Of a DNA stretch of 64,000 nucleotides, positions 1 to 12,033 are shown piece by piece; position 1 is the first letter of the stretch, and each line of letters opens with the position of its first letter. Position numbers and translations under genes: made by a program. This DNA is from Pelomyxa schiedti (taxonomy: Eukaryota > Protista > Evosea): assembly GCA_020536535.1 (NCBI GenBank), contig JAHLWZ010000834.1, forward strand, positions 26,337-90,336, written 5' to 3'. Under the pieces are notes generated by a model. The model made no database searches, had not been told where the DNA came from, and worked only from the letters and a program-made list of their open reading frames with translations.

Positions 1-161
1 TGGTCTGGGGCAGTTGTTTCGGGCTCGGGGTGCTTTGTTTCCTCAGTGATCTCAGTTGGTGTTTGTGGAGGGGCAGATTCGGTAGTAGTAGAAGTCGTCG
101 ACACCTCCTGGGCGTCGCGGCTTTCGCTTTCGGCTACTTCGTCCGGCGCACCATCAGCCAT
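1..161 (-). CDS. 5' end of a hypothetical protein with an acidic/Thr-rich N-terminus; runs off the window
   Basis: ATG at 161 (-) reads MADGAPDEVAESESRDAQEVSTTSTTTESAPPQTPTEITEE..., open to the window edge; divergent from the ATG at 233. Confidence 0.55.
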   Translation of the reverse strand, partial: MADGAPDEVAESESRDAQEVSTTSTTTESAPPQTPTEITEETKHPEPETTAPD

Positions 162-232
162 TGAACTGGTTTTGTTTTTTCTCGGATCAGTTCCCATCAG
201 GCAGAACACAAAACAAAAAAAAAAACCGAAAA

Positions 233-2178
233 ATGGACGAGATACGACGGCTTGGGTACATGTTGACGCCTAACTTGGACTTGCGCCAACAAAACGGTGT
301 GTCTAGTGTCTATAAAACCTGCCCCAATGGTGTTATGGGAATAACGTTTCGAATTTGTCGACTGGGCAACAGGGGGCCAGTACCAGTGGGTCAGTCAACC
401 TGCTTACGAAGAATTGGTATGTGTCCGACAGTTTTGAACTTTTTGAGTGAACCAAGAATTCCACAGGGGCGAGCTGTATTGGTACACGTGCAACACTTAT
501 TGGAAAGTGAGCACCATATGTCACCTATGAGGATTCCCCTCGATGCAAAACCATATGAGCCAACCGCACTTATCTTTGTGGGCAATGGATACCGAAATGC
601 AGAGAGACTCTTGATTCTGGTTGCGAACCCGGAAGATAGGATTGGGTATCTTCATTTTCTTCCAGTGCATCTGGCTCTAATTGCTTGAACTCGAAGACCT
701 GGCCAGTGGTGCCGTGCTGTGTGTATAAACGATGGATTGAAAAACGGTTCCGTTCTGGAATATGTCAAAAGAGGAAATGAACTGGGATTTGGTATTTTAC
801 TTTTTTGGTAAATCCTTGACTGCTGATTTATTTTGCAAAGCCTCTATTGTGCTCAATACAGTTGATCATGTGAGAGGCAGCGCCAACCCCGAGTACAAAT
901 TTCTGCACTCCCATCCACTCTCATCATTTACAGAGAGCACATGCAATACGTTTGGGACAACGTCATCGATAACTGTAGGGCCTCACAAATTGCAATCGTA
1001 GCAAACAAGAAAGGTGGTGATGCTGTTATGAACCTCATCAAGAGATCACGTGAGCATGCTTTTTTCCTTATTGTTGAACTCAGGGAGTTGTGTTGATGAC
1101 AGCCGGGATTCTACAACGCTTTTTGTGCCTTGCCCTTGTTGACTGCGAGTTTTCTTTCTATGGTTATCCACCGGCACTGCGCAAGCAAGTTGTCTCGATA
1201 TCGAGGAATTGGTTACGCTCACGTGACCCATTGGATGCCCCCATACTGGGAAAATCCAGTACTGGTACTATTATTGTATTTCTCCACTTGTATCTTCTCA
1301 ACAGAACAGATATGATTTATTGTGTATCGTCTGGAACCGACAAAAATGACCGTGGCATTGGCTATGCCAGAGCTAGTGTAATGGGATACATACAGTCTTC
1401 AATAAAAGTACCGAATCAAAAATCCAAAAAAAGGGATTACGGCAACCAACAACTGTAGCCCATTGAATCCTCAGTGAGAACACACATAGTGGAGCGCAAC
1501 AACGCAAAATGGCGTGTGTGCACGACTTCCACCACTTTGGAAGGTTTGTGTGAGAGCATCAGGGGTGTTTTATGTCTTCCCGCCGCCCTAACACCCGGCC
1601 ACCTGGAGTACTGGTCCGAAGTCCTCAGGGATTGGATTGTACCAAAGGTTATAATTCTTCTGCATCCGAGATGCCATTGTAACTCTGTTTAGGTTCTTTC
1701 TGAAATTCCTCTGGGAAGTGCAATGCGAATCCGAGACCACCGTCCGTTTGAATCCCCTTCCAAACAACCATAATAAAGTAAGTAATTTTCTTGCACAGCT
1801 GTTGAGATTCCAGCCACGCCTTTGGTTGCATCCGCACCCCTAAACTCCAGTGCTGCCCTCAGGACAGCAGCAGCGACAACAACAACTCCAACACCAATCG
1901 CCGCATCAACTCCTCCCCCTTCAACAACTTCAACAGCAACAACACCTTCCGAAAATCCCGAAGACAATCTCTGTTGCATATGCATGATTGGCTCCAAGGT
2001 AACTAATTAAGTCCTACTACAACAAACAACAAACACTCAACACAGGAAGCAGTGATCATTCCATGTGGGCACGTTGCGACGTGCTTGCCGTGTGCCCAGC
2101 AGCTGGTGTCATCAAAGCACACCTGCCCAATTTGCCGCTCTGCAATTGTATCTGCTGTGAAACTCTATAAAGTTTAAT
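233..2178 (+). CDS. FAM172A/ARB2-like alpha/beta-hydrolase-fold protein fused to a PB1/ubiquitin-like segment and a C-terminal C3HC4 RING finger (multi-exon)
   Basis: Spliced translation gives IPLDAKPYEPTALIFVG, PGQWCRAVCINDGLKNGSVLEYVKR, EHMQYVWDNVI and CVSSGTDKND, co-linear with FAM172A motifs. Phase-0 intron 1408-1458 joins in frame to the downstream exons, which end CCICMIGSK|EAVIIPCGHVATCLPCAQQL...CPICRSAIVSAVKLYKV*. Confidence 0.75.
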
Positions 2179-2199
2179 AACAAAGCCACATAGCCACAT

Positions 2200-2900
2200 T
2201 CCCATTCATCATTAAGAAAGAGGAGATTGAAAACTTCCTCTTTCTTTTTCCTGTCACTGTGCTGTGGCGCAGTCGAGGGAGCAAATTGTATGGGTGGTGT
2301 TTTTGTTTGAGGTTGTTTATGTCTATTGAGGGTAATGGTGATGATGAATCATCAGATAGACTAGAATGTAGATAGAACCATCCTTGGGATTTGGTTGTTT
2401 ATCTGTGAAGAGGGCACTTGCTGTCGTTGTCGCTACTGTTGTTTGGGGTGTTTGCGTTGCACATGGGGAAGAATGGTGACTCTGTAACTGGGTAATGCCC
2501 AGTTACCCAGCATCTGTGAGTGTTGCTGTATTAATCGGCATGGTGCTAGTGGCCTGAACTGAATGTTCGACCAATGACCGCAGCTACTGGGCCAGCCAAG
2601 CAATTTGATTTGGCGTCAATCTGTTAGCTGCTAGCTGCCCAAGCAAAACACCAGGATTGATCCTTTGATTCAAGAACAGGTCGATTGTCGCTAGGCCAGG
2701 GGTTAGTGACCAAAAACCCAGCTAGGTTTAGCTGGCGTAGCACTGCTGTCAAAGCCATTGCATCGGGGTTGATTTCCTTTCATTGGAAAGGCCTGATTAA
2801 TTAACGTTTCCCGAGGGTGGTGGGACGTTGGAGCGGCGAGCCGAGTCGCCCCGGCACGTGATGCACCCCTGGGCACGTCACCTCCTCGTCGCCTTACCAT
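2200..2900 (-). CDS. Possible hypothetical low-complexity protein; exon structure unresolved
   Basis: ATG at 2900 (MVRRRGGDVPRG...) with plausible splice sites; no recognisable domain. Confidence 0.3.
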
Positions 2901-3229
2901 CTTGTTTTGTTGTCCTAAGTGGGTATATAAAAAAAAAAAAGCCACGTTTGCACGTCCGTTCCCGTTCCCTTTTTTTTTTTCTGTTTCTTGTGTCGCGGAT
3001 CGAATTTTGTCCCGGATCTGTGTCATAAGGGGCGGCACCTCTCACACAGAGATCTTGCCTGGCCCCTTTGTCGTCTGTACCGCCGTTACCAACACACCGT
3101 GCCCCTTTGACCTGACTTTGGAAACCCTCAGTTGCGCCAAAATTTGGGAAATTTCGCCACGTTGTGTGTCTTTATCCTTCCATTTCTTCAAAACAAATCA
3201 TAAAAATAAAAAAACCCAGCGGACCAACT

Positions 3230-4541
3230 CTACCGCAAGCATCTTTGTAGTCATCTTCGTAGTCGTGCAACGCACGCAAGGTATTACAATTCATTTTACA
3301 TCGAGACGCTTTGCTTCTACACCTACGTATCGTTTAAGCACTAATTTACCACAAAATCACCTTACTTTACCTCCACGCCTAATATTGATTTGCAGAGAGG
3401 ATGGTCTCTGTAGAAATTCCTCTGAGCAGTATAAATTTCCTTCCTACTATTAATCTTTTTTACCTTGCACAGTGTATCATATCACATTTATTAACAACTA
3501 CAACAAAATCTCCAAGGGTGGTTTCATTGCTGCAAAAGGTAAAAGGTAGGTCTCAAAACACACCCCTTGGTGCCGATTGGCGCCAAGGGAACAAGGGAAA
3601 ACTCCCCTGTCTTTGTAATTTTCAACGGACCGGAATGCTTTTATTTTCTCTTTCCAAAAGTTTGTAGTTTTTTGGTGCTGGAAACGAAAGTTGCGGACGA
3701 GTTCCCACTTGGGGTAAAGAACATTTTATGGTAACACTTTATTGGAAAATGTGAAAGGCGGTTCTGTGGTGTGAAGGGATTTCTTGATGAGGTACCCTGT
3801 GAAGTGTTGGTTATCTGGTGTGATGCGATATACATGGAGGTTCAACACTCCAGCAATTGCAGACTTCGAGGCCAGGTACTGAAACGTCCAGTTGCTTGTG
3901 TGATAAAGTCAAAAAGTCATCTACAAGATACAAAAGAACCTGTGGCCACCCTGTTGATAGTAATAAGAAGATAATAATTGCAGCCGAGGTTTCAAAGCGG
4001 TCTCACCTGAGTTGAAAATGCCATCTTTTCATCGAGAAGATTGAAGCCAGAAACAGTCCATTCTTGCCCTAAATGTGACATAACATGTCTTGTACTGAGG
4101 GTTTGAGTGACAGGATCTTCTTTAACAAAAATGGAAGATAGAAAGTGCACGTCGGCCCATAATTCGTCGTAGACCTGATGAGACAGAACAGAGTGAGCAA
4201 TTAGAGGAGCGGTTATATTTATCTCCTTTACCCCATTCCAAGCAGATAAGGACACTTCATTTCGCCACATCGATGGAAAGAATAGAGACCAAGATATGGC
4301 GGAGGCTTGTCGTTTTGCTTCGTGATACGACGCGGCAAACCAGTGCTTGCTGTGATGTCGCCAAATTTTTTCATTTCTCCAAACAACCCTCATGAAACCG
4401 TAAGTTGAGATTCGAAGGTAACGTAGGTACGTACCTGTGGAGAAACGTCGAGACCATTGACATTCTGCAACAATCAACGGGGCTCAAGATCTTCAAGATA
4501 ATCTCCCACACCTCCGACGTCAACTCTTCGGCAGAGCACAT
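3230..4541 (-). CDS. F-box protein (multi-exon; 3' end uncertain)
   Basis: N-terminus MCSAEELTSEVWEIILKILSPVDCCRMSMVSTFLH...RNEKIWRHH matches the F-box consensus. Confidence 0.6.
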
Positions 4542-4764
4542 TTCTTTCTTCCTTGTTTTTTTTGGTCGAATGTCTCTTAGATCTTAGACAGGCACGCGCT
4601 CGTTCGTGTTTCCAAAATTCAAGCGTGAGAAAAATGTGTCAGGGTTACGACAGCATTTTGACAGGTGATAATTAAGAGCCGGGCAATGCTGTCAATTTCG
4701 TATTTGACAAGTGGCGGACAGTGTTTCGGTTGGAATATCGGCACAAAAAACCAAGAAATCAAGT

Positions 4765-7230
4765 ATGGATTCAACAACCAGAGGATTGGAGGCCAGAGCG
4801 TTACAGCTGAGGATCGACAGCATCAGGTGCACATCGAAGGCGAGATCAGGTCACCCGTCATCTTGTTTGTCTGCGGCAGATCTCGTTTCTACGTTGTTCT
4901 TCCACGTAGTCAAGGTGTGGTTTCACCTTGGAGGAAATTCGTTGTCACCAGGCCTCAAACAGATCGATCTGAAGAACCCTAATGCTGTGAACAATGACCA
5001 CTTTGTGTTGTCCAAGGGTCACGCGGCACCCATCCTCTACGCGGTGAGTAATTTGTTTTGATTAAATCTCGTAACGGTGTGAAGGTATTCAAGCAGTTAG
5101 GGGTGATATGCGACAACGAACTTCTCAAATTGCGTAAATTTGGTTCTCGTCTTGTATGCTCTCGCATTGTGGTTTTTATGTTTGACAAAAAACCACAGGA
5201 GGGTCACCCCACTCCAAGGTTTCCTTTTGTTCATGCTGCAACGGGTTCACTGGGCCAAGGGTTGGGGATTGGCAGTGGAATTGCACTTGGGAAAAAGTTG
5301 CTGAAGGCACAGTACCCCACACAGGGTTTTTAACATAACAACGTGTGCAGGTTCCCTCACGTGTGTATGTACTCATGGGAGATGGAGAGTACGCAGAGGG
5401 TTCTGTTTGGGAGGCAGCTGGCATTGCTGCGGCTAGAAACCTTGACAACATAACCTTGATCGTGGATGCAAATAAATTTGGGCAATCAGGTCCTTCAGTA
5501 TGCTATTACAAGCCCTGCTACTGTTGACAAGTGCACAGCTTCATCAACATGATCTCACAGCAATAGCGGGCAAGTTTTCTGCTTTTGGGTGGCACACAAT
5601 ATGCATCGATGGCCACAACTTCAGAGAAATTCTACGTGCATTTGAAGAAGCACTGCAACAAAAGGTTGTAAGACAAATTTTGTACCTACGCAAACCCTCA
5701 TGCCTGGGACAGGGGAAGCCTTCCGTGATCATTGCAAAAACTGTGAAAGGATACCCTTTCAAAGAGCAGCAACATGGAAAGCCATACCCTGCGAGTGAAG
5801 TTGATGTGTTAGTTGAGCAGTTGAAAGAGCAGTAATCACTCAGTTGTGTAATAAATGATGACTCTTCTTCTACAGGTACATAAGTGCTGAAGCAGTCACA
5901 CTATCCCCTACATTCCACATGGCTGCTGCACTCCCTGAATCGGTTTCCCTTGATCGAAGCCCCTCAATTAAGGTCAACTTGGGGACCAGTTCTTTGAAAG
6001 ACGAGTTCCTTCCCAATAAGGTAAGTCTTGCTATTCCTTTGTCGTTCACTACTTAACCATTTGGTAAGGTAATATCAACCAGAAAAGCTTTTGGTCTAGC
6101 GCTTTCTGCTCTGGCTGCAGCGTCACCTCAAGTGATCGCCTTGGATGCTGATGTAAAAAACTCTACCTACGTAGAGATAGTTGAGAAGGTAAGGCAGTTC
6201 CAAGTCATTTCTGAATGGCTCACGTGACCGCCAAGGCTCACAGCAACCAAGTTGTTGAATGCTATATCGCTGAACAAAATATGGTTTCTATGGCAATTGG
6301 TTTGAGCATCGTGGGATTTATACCCTTTGCTGCTACTTTTGGTTGCTTTTTGACAAGAGCGTTTGATCAAGTGTGTCACACTTTTTTCCCAAATTTTCAT
6401 AACACAAGCAATTAGATAAGGATGGCTGGTGTAGGATCCAACCCCATAAGAATTGCAGGTTCTCATTGTGGTGTATCGATCGGGGAGGATGGACCTTCTC
6501 AGGTACGGTACAAAAGTTTGTGTGTTACACCCGATAACAAAATAAGATGGCTCTGGAAGATATATCAATGTTCAGATCGATACCAAACAGTGTTGTTGTG
6601 TACCCGGCTGACGGTGTTGCGGCGTTCAAGTTGACCGAGTGCATTGCAAATAATCATGATGGTGTATCCTATATCCGCTTAAGCAGACAAGATTCGTACG
6701 TACTTTCTCCGAGATTTATTCTCGGGAATCAACAATCCCGCAGTACAATCATATATTCCACGGAGGACGAATTTCATATAGGAGGAAGCAAGATTATTCG
6801 TTCCTCTGAAGCTGACCAGTGCTGCATCATTGCGTGTGGAATTACACTTTTCGAGGCTCTAAAAGCAGGTGTGCAAGTGAATTCCCGTGGATAAATGAAG
6901 TCTTACAACGCCTCAGCGGAATTACTGAGTTCAACAAACATCAATTGTTGTGTGATTGACGCTTATAGTGTGAAGCCCCTCGACGAGGCTACCATACTGG
7001 CAACTGCCAGCAGGTGCAAGCGATTGGTCACTGTTGAGGATCACTATGAAGCAGGTGGACTTGGAGAAGCAATATCCACACTACTAAGCAATAAGTGTGA
7101 GACGAAGGTTCAAGTACAAACACTCTGTGTGCGCTCAGTTCCGTCATCCGGCTCTCCAGAAGAATTGCGCAGCTGGGCTCGTATAGACAGCCGCAGCATT
7201 GCGGCGAGTGTCCTCGCCCTTATTCGATAG
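4765..7230 (+). CDS. TKT: Transketolase, animal/short-type (multi-exon)
   Basis: SGHPSSCLSAADL, DHFVLSKGHAAPILYA, EGHPTP, ATGSLGQGLG, TPP motif MGDGEYAEGSVWEA...DAN, YIAEQNMV, SHCGVSIGEDGPSQMALED, TVEDHYEAGGLGEA. Confidence 0.95.
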
Positions 7231-7370
7231 GAACTGCCGCCTTCCACGTTCCAAAGAAGATTATGGTATTCACCACATTCAATGAAGAAGATTATGGTAT
7301 GCTAGTGCAAAAAAAAAACTTCATTTTATTTCCTGTGGCTACATTGGCAAAAAGGAAGTGGTTTTGTTAG

Positions 7371-9295
7371 TTAAGGCTTGATGACCGTGAAAGGAATATC
7401 CAGGGATTGGTTGATGTTGGTGGTGATGTCTACTACTGAAAGGCACATGACAAATTTGCCGGCTTTGGTAAGTTTGAGAGGGCACGTGAATTCGAGTGCC
7501 GGTGATGCTGTGGGTGTCTCTATCTTCGCATCAATCTTGGCAGTGTTGGGTGTTCTAAGTGCCAGCTTTTGTTTGATTGGGTGTAAGTTCATCGAGTTTT
7601 CATAACATTGTAGAAAAAACCTGATTGGTTTCAACGTCACGTATGTTGTAATCCAATTCTGAAGAAAGAATTAGAAAGATAATACCAGATGAGTTACTTA
7701 CTAGCAACAACACGCCTGCCACTTGGAGTTAAACCCTCACATACGATTTTCATATACCTGGATTCTCCCTTCCACCCAGCTGTTTGGAAAGTTAAAAGAA
7801 AGAAACCCTTGGAGGTTGTGTATACAAAGAGAGACTGAAGAAGTGCATGCACTGTCAGAATAGAAAGATAGCTTGGCTATCACTATCTGGGTTGGCCTCT
7901 CGTATTTAAAGTTCCTTTTAGGTAATCAAACTCTCATGTTATTTTGTGAGAAGGAGGAACCGTGAAAATGACGCAGTTTGTCCTGTTCTGTGGTCCATAA
8001 CAGAATACTCCACTGCGTACCTGTGAAAATGTGATTTTATTGATTTTGTGTAAATATGAGGAAGTACATTCCAAAGGCAAGTTTTTTCTTTGCCAAAGAG
8101 AGATTGAAGAATCCTGAGAAGAGGTTATTAACAGAAGGAAAGGAGGACTATGTAGAGTATACCAGAGAGTTCGTCACCCCCTAAAAATAGAGTTGGAGTG
8201 GAGGGGTACGCATTTTGATCCAGTACTTTGTGAGTAACAGAATCCGTAATGCGGATGGTAGAGGTTACACGAGTTTTGTTGCGGGAATCAACTTTGAGCC
8301 CACAGATAGAAAAACGGTAAACTATCTTGGGGAACCATTGAGAAAAGAAGACATCGTAACAAAACTAAGACCTGGGAGTGTGGATAATAGGCGGTGATTG
8401 GGGTTTCTGCAGCAGGTCCATAAGGGCCAGCATAACAGCATTCAATATCTACGAAAATCTTTGTAAGCCCAACAGTTTGCGAAATAAAACTGCCACACCC
8501 GCAATTTTGAGGGGTCCACCGCCCGTAGAGTCGACTATGCAAAAGTTGAATGGATCCCAAAGTTAGCCAAACATAGCGACACAAGGATTTTCATTAATGA
8601 ATCATAAGCAAAAGCTACGCACCGACATCAGGCTCCACAATTGACAGCTCAATCTTTCCCAAGGCCGAGCTCGTGCCCCCCTCGTTCCACGCGTCGTCGT
8701 CCGCGTCGGCGTCGTCGTCGGCCAGCAGCCTGTACTTCTCCTCGGACGACCCGTGCTCCTTGGTGATCGCGGGCTTGGAGTGCAGCCTGGGCGACGACGT
8801 GGGGCTCGCGGTCGCCGCGGATGCGGCCGAGGACGACGAGGAGGAGGAGGACGACGGCGAGGCGCAGCCCGACCCGGAGGGGGAGCTCGGCGTGCCACCC
8901 CCGGTCGTGGCGGCGTTGCCGCCCATGTGCTGCTGCACCACGGTGTCGAAGGGCAGCCACAGGCCCCCCTGCCTCTCGGGCACCGAGCGCGGCGAGTTGT
9001 GCGGCGACGTGGAGTGGGGCGACGTGGGCGCCGTGGGGATGAGGAAGGTGTGGCCGCCGCCGTTGGGCGGGATCGGAATCGCCTGCGTGGGCGACGGGGC
9101 CTGCTGCGTGCGTGAGACCGTGGGCGAGGACGGCGTCGAGGAGCAGGAGGAGGCGGAGGAACGTGAGGTCTCGACGGTTATGTTGGCCCGTGGGCTGTCC
9201 CTGTCCGAGGACGAGGTAAATCTCGAGAAGAACGAGGACGAGGAACTACGGCTCCTGGGTCTGTTGGTGTTGCTTGGTGGCGGCAATAACGACAT
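7371..9295 (-). CDS. Hypothetical protein with a Ser/Pro-rich disordered N-terminus and a folded C-terminal region (multi-exon)
   Basis: GC-rich first exon 9295-8620 (MSLLPPPSNT...), then short exons with GT-AG boundaries ending LDIPFTVIKP* at 7371. Confidence 0.55.
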
Positions 9296-9482
9296 CCCCT
9301 CGTATCTTGATTAAATTGGTTGGTGTTGTGATTTCTGGCGGGTTTTTTGGAGCTTTTCGCTTTTTCGCGAAGAGAAAAAGCCGAAAGGAAAATGGGGTGA
9401 TCAAAACAACAGAAAGCGAAGTGGTGAAGGTAGAGTGAAGGATAGTCTTAAAAACATCATTTCAGAAGACTGGAAAAATCTT

Positions 9483-10275
9483 CTAGGATTTCTCTTTCTT
9501 CTCTGCTGGCTTCGCGGCCTTCTCTTTCTTGGGTGCCTTCTCCTTCTTTGGTGCCTTGGCTGCCTTCTCAGCTGGCTTGGCGGCCTTTTCCTTCTTGGGT
9601 GCCTTTGCGGCCTTCTCTGTTTTCTTTCCTGCTTTCTCTGGTTTGGCTGCCTCTGGTTTTTTCTCTGCGGGTTTCTCAGCGGGTGTTGGTGCTGCTGGGG
9701 TTTCTTCGGCTTTGGCGTCCTCGGCACCCTCCATTGTGCGGAGGATATCTGAGTCTCCGGGGTCAATGATGCTCATTACACCGACCTTGTAGAGTCGCCC
9801 ACAGGCAGTTCCGAGATCGATGTTGGTGCCCTGTGCAAAGTTAGGGGCTGGTACATAAATTGGCAGGGTGGCACATTGTAGTGATGGACAGTAGTTCCGG
9901 AAAGAAGAGAGTAGTACTCAATTTGTGATTTGACAAGAGTGGGGCAATTGTTGCTGATGATTACGAGCTTAGCTATTACAAAAAATGAGTGCCGTGGAAA
10001 AAGCAAACTGAACACAAGAAAACAGGCACAACACAAAAACCGTAACGATACACTTTCGCAACCACACGGAAAAAAAACAAAAAAAAACCCGTAAAAAAAC
10101 GAGGAAACAAGATCCAACCAAAAAGACATCACAGGGATAATAGCGTACCGCTGTCGTGTCTCAAATTTTTCAGGGTTTGGTTGGTCCCCAACGTGTACTT
10201 GCCGCTCTTCATCACAAGGGCCAATCGCGTGTTGATGTTTTCCGCATTCTTCTTCACCTTCTTGGCTGCTGGCAT
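9483..10275 (-). CDS. RPL30: 60S ribosomal protein L30 (eL30) with a long Lys/Ala/Glu/Pro-rich C-terminal extension
   Basis: [30 protein letters not shown]...|[25 protein letters not shown]...|[29 protein letters not shown]; two introns. Confidence 0.95.
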
Positions 10276-10537
10276 TTTTGTGTTATTTTACGTCGTTGGC
10301 GACGGGGCGGTGACGATGGAGACCGGGGCTTAATGACAAAGATATTCGGAAAAAAATAAAAAAAAAAAAAGGACCCATCAAATCAACTGCGGCAGTTCCT
10401 TACGTAGAAATGCCAACTGCAACATTCTATCCGACATTTCTAACCAAACCTTTTTCCCAGTAGATACGAGATGTGCGGGTGAAGTCATTCGTCGACACTC
10501 ATTTTTTCACGAAATAAATAAATACCCAGCAAACAAG

Positions 10538-11885
10538 ATGCATTGTGCCACGCAAGCGGAGACTTATGGTGTTTCCATCACATTTGGGGCGTTGTCGGCC
10601 TTAGCTTGCATCGTTGTTTTCGTGACTTATTTCATGTTCCCGGTGGGTTCTTTCTTATTATGTATTAAATTTATTGGCCCATCTCTCACGGTCCTGTTTT
10701 TATTTTCGCCAGGAAACGCGAACTAAGGCAAGGTTTCTTGTTTTGATGCTTTCTATTTGCGATTTTGGCCAGGTAACTTTTTTTACTTTCCTCCGTCCAC
10801 ACCAATTTCAACCAAGAAAATTTCGTTTTAGCAACTTCTTGCAATCCTTCACATAGGCTATTTTCTTTTGTATTGCAGGTGACTTTGAAGGCACGGGGTG
10901 CAGAATTCTTGGAGCACTTGGTTCTTCACTTGTGTTACTTTTTGCAACAAATAACTAGCATTAGGATTGTTTTTCGCAAATTGCACCTTCATATGGACCG
11001 TAATACCAAACATTCTTTGTTGGTATTGAGTCTCACATGACACAGGCTTGCATTTCTGTTTTTGTATTCGTCAGCATACGTACCACGGAAAAACGTCTGA
11101 ACGACAATTCTGTGGCAAAAATTAATCGGAGTAAGTTCATTGTGTTGTCAGAAGTGCTAGGATGGGGCGTCCCAGCAATACTCAGCTTAACAGTTCTCTT
11201 TGCTGGTAAGACTGAAACTGATCCCGAGGGATTTTGGTGCTTTATAAAGTAGTTTGTAACTTCTTCTTTTTTTTTTACTTACTTCTGCAGTTCGGAATTT
11301 TTTCTTTGGCGCCTGTTCAGCCTTATTGTCCCATTACTTGTTTGTTGGGCAATCACTGTAGTTATGTACTCATTGGCCAATATTTATGTTGTCCGCGTTA
11401 AAAGGTTACTCAAGTTGCAGCAGGTTACTCACTACAGTTGCCGGGGAATCTATCTAAGAGTTTTACAATAGGTGAAGCACGGAGCGGAGCTCAAAAAAGT
11501 TCACAACCAAAAAACTTGGGCTTGGCAGCTGCGACTTCTTTTGATTCCCATAGTTTTCTTCATTTTGCGTATCTGGGATGTTATTTATCGCTTGTGGGAA
11601 ATCATTTGTGAGATCACTGGGGATGATGTGCCAACCTTCTTCTGCACACCAGTTTATGTTGCACTTGTCATTATTGGCGATGCCTCTCAAGGCTTGGTCA
11701 ATTGCATTATCTTTGTGCTACTTGAACCCGAGGTTCGAGTAAAGTGGCTGCACTTTTTCCGAAGTATCAAAAGCTCAGGTGCCTCAACCTCATCACACAG
11801 ACAGTCAACTATCATTGAACTGCAAGCACCACTAATACCCGATTTGCACGAGTCTGACGGCGTCATGATGCAACAGGACGCTTGA
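10538..11885 (+). CDS. Seven-TM GPCR, slime-mould cAMP-receptor/Crl-like
   Basis: TM1 FGALSALACIVVFVTY, FLVLMLSICDFG, GWGVPAILS, GFWCFIK, LLLIPIVFFILRIW and SQGLVNCIIFVL are typical of the cAR/GCR1-like family. Confidence 0.8.
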
Positions 11886-12033
11886 CACTTATTGTATATA
11901 CTTCCCATACAATGTGTACACAGACTACAGATAGCATCTACCAGCAGAAAAATAAATTGCCTTTATTTTTTTACTGTTGTTTTTCCTCAGGTTCGTCTCG
12001 CTGTTGCTCCAAAGGTCATTCCCGGAAGTTGAA

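Noticed and set aside
2484-2510. Small overlapping inverted repeats (GTAACTGGG/CCCAGTTAC)
   Set aside because: Only 8-9 bp stems, with no supporting context.
7254-7300. 16-nt direct repeat AAGAAGATTATGGTAT in the TKT 3' region
   Set aside because: Only two copies; most simply a local duplication.
8602-9314. Many overlapping long ORFs in GC-rich patches (also 17.4-17.9, 21.1-21.9, 39.4-40.3, 50.0-50.8 and 58.2-59.0 kb)
   Set aside because: They are antisense or alternate-frame shadows of GC-rich low-complexity exons, which are poor in stop codons.
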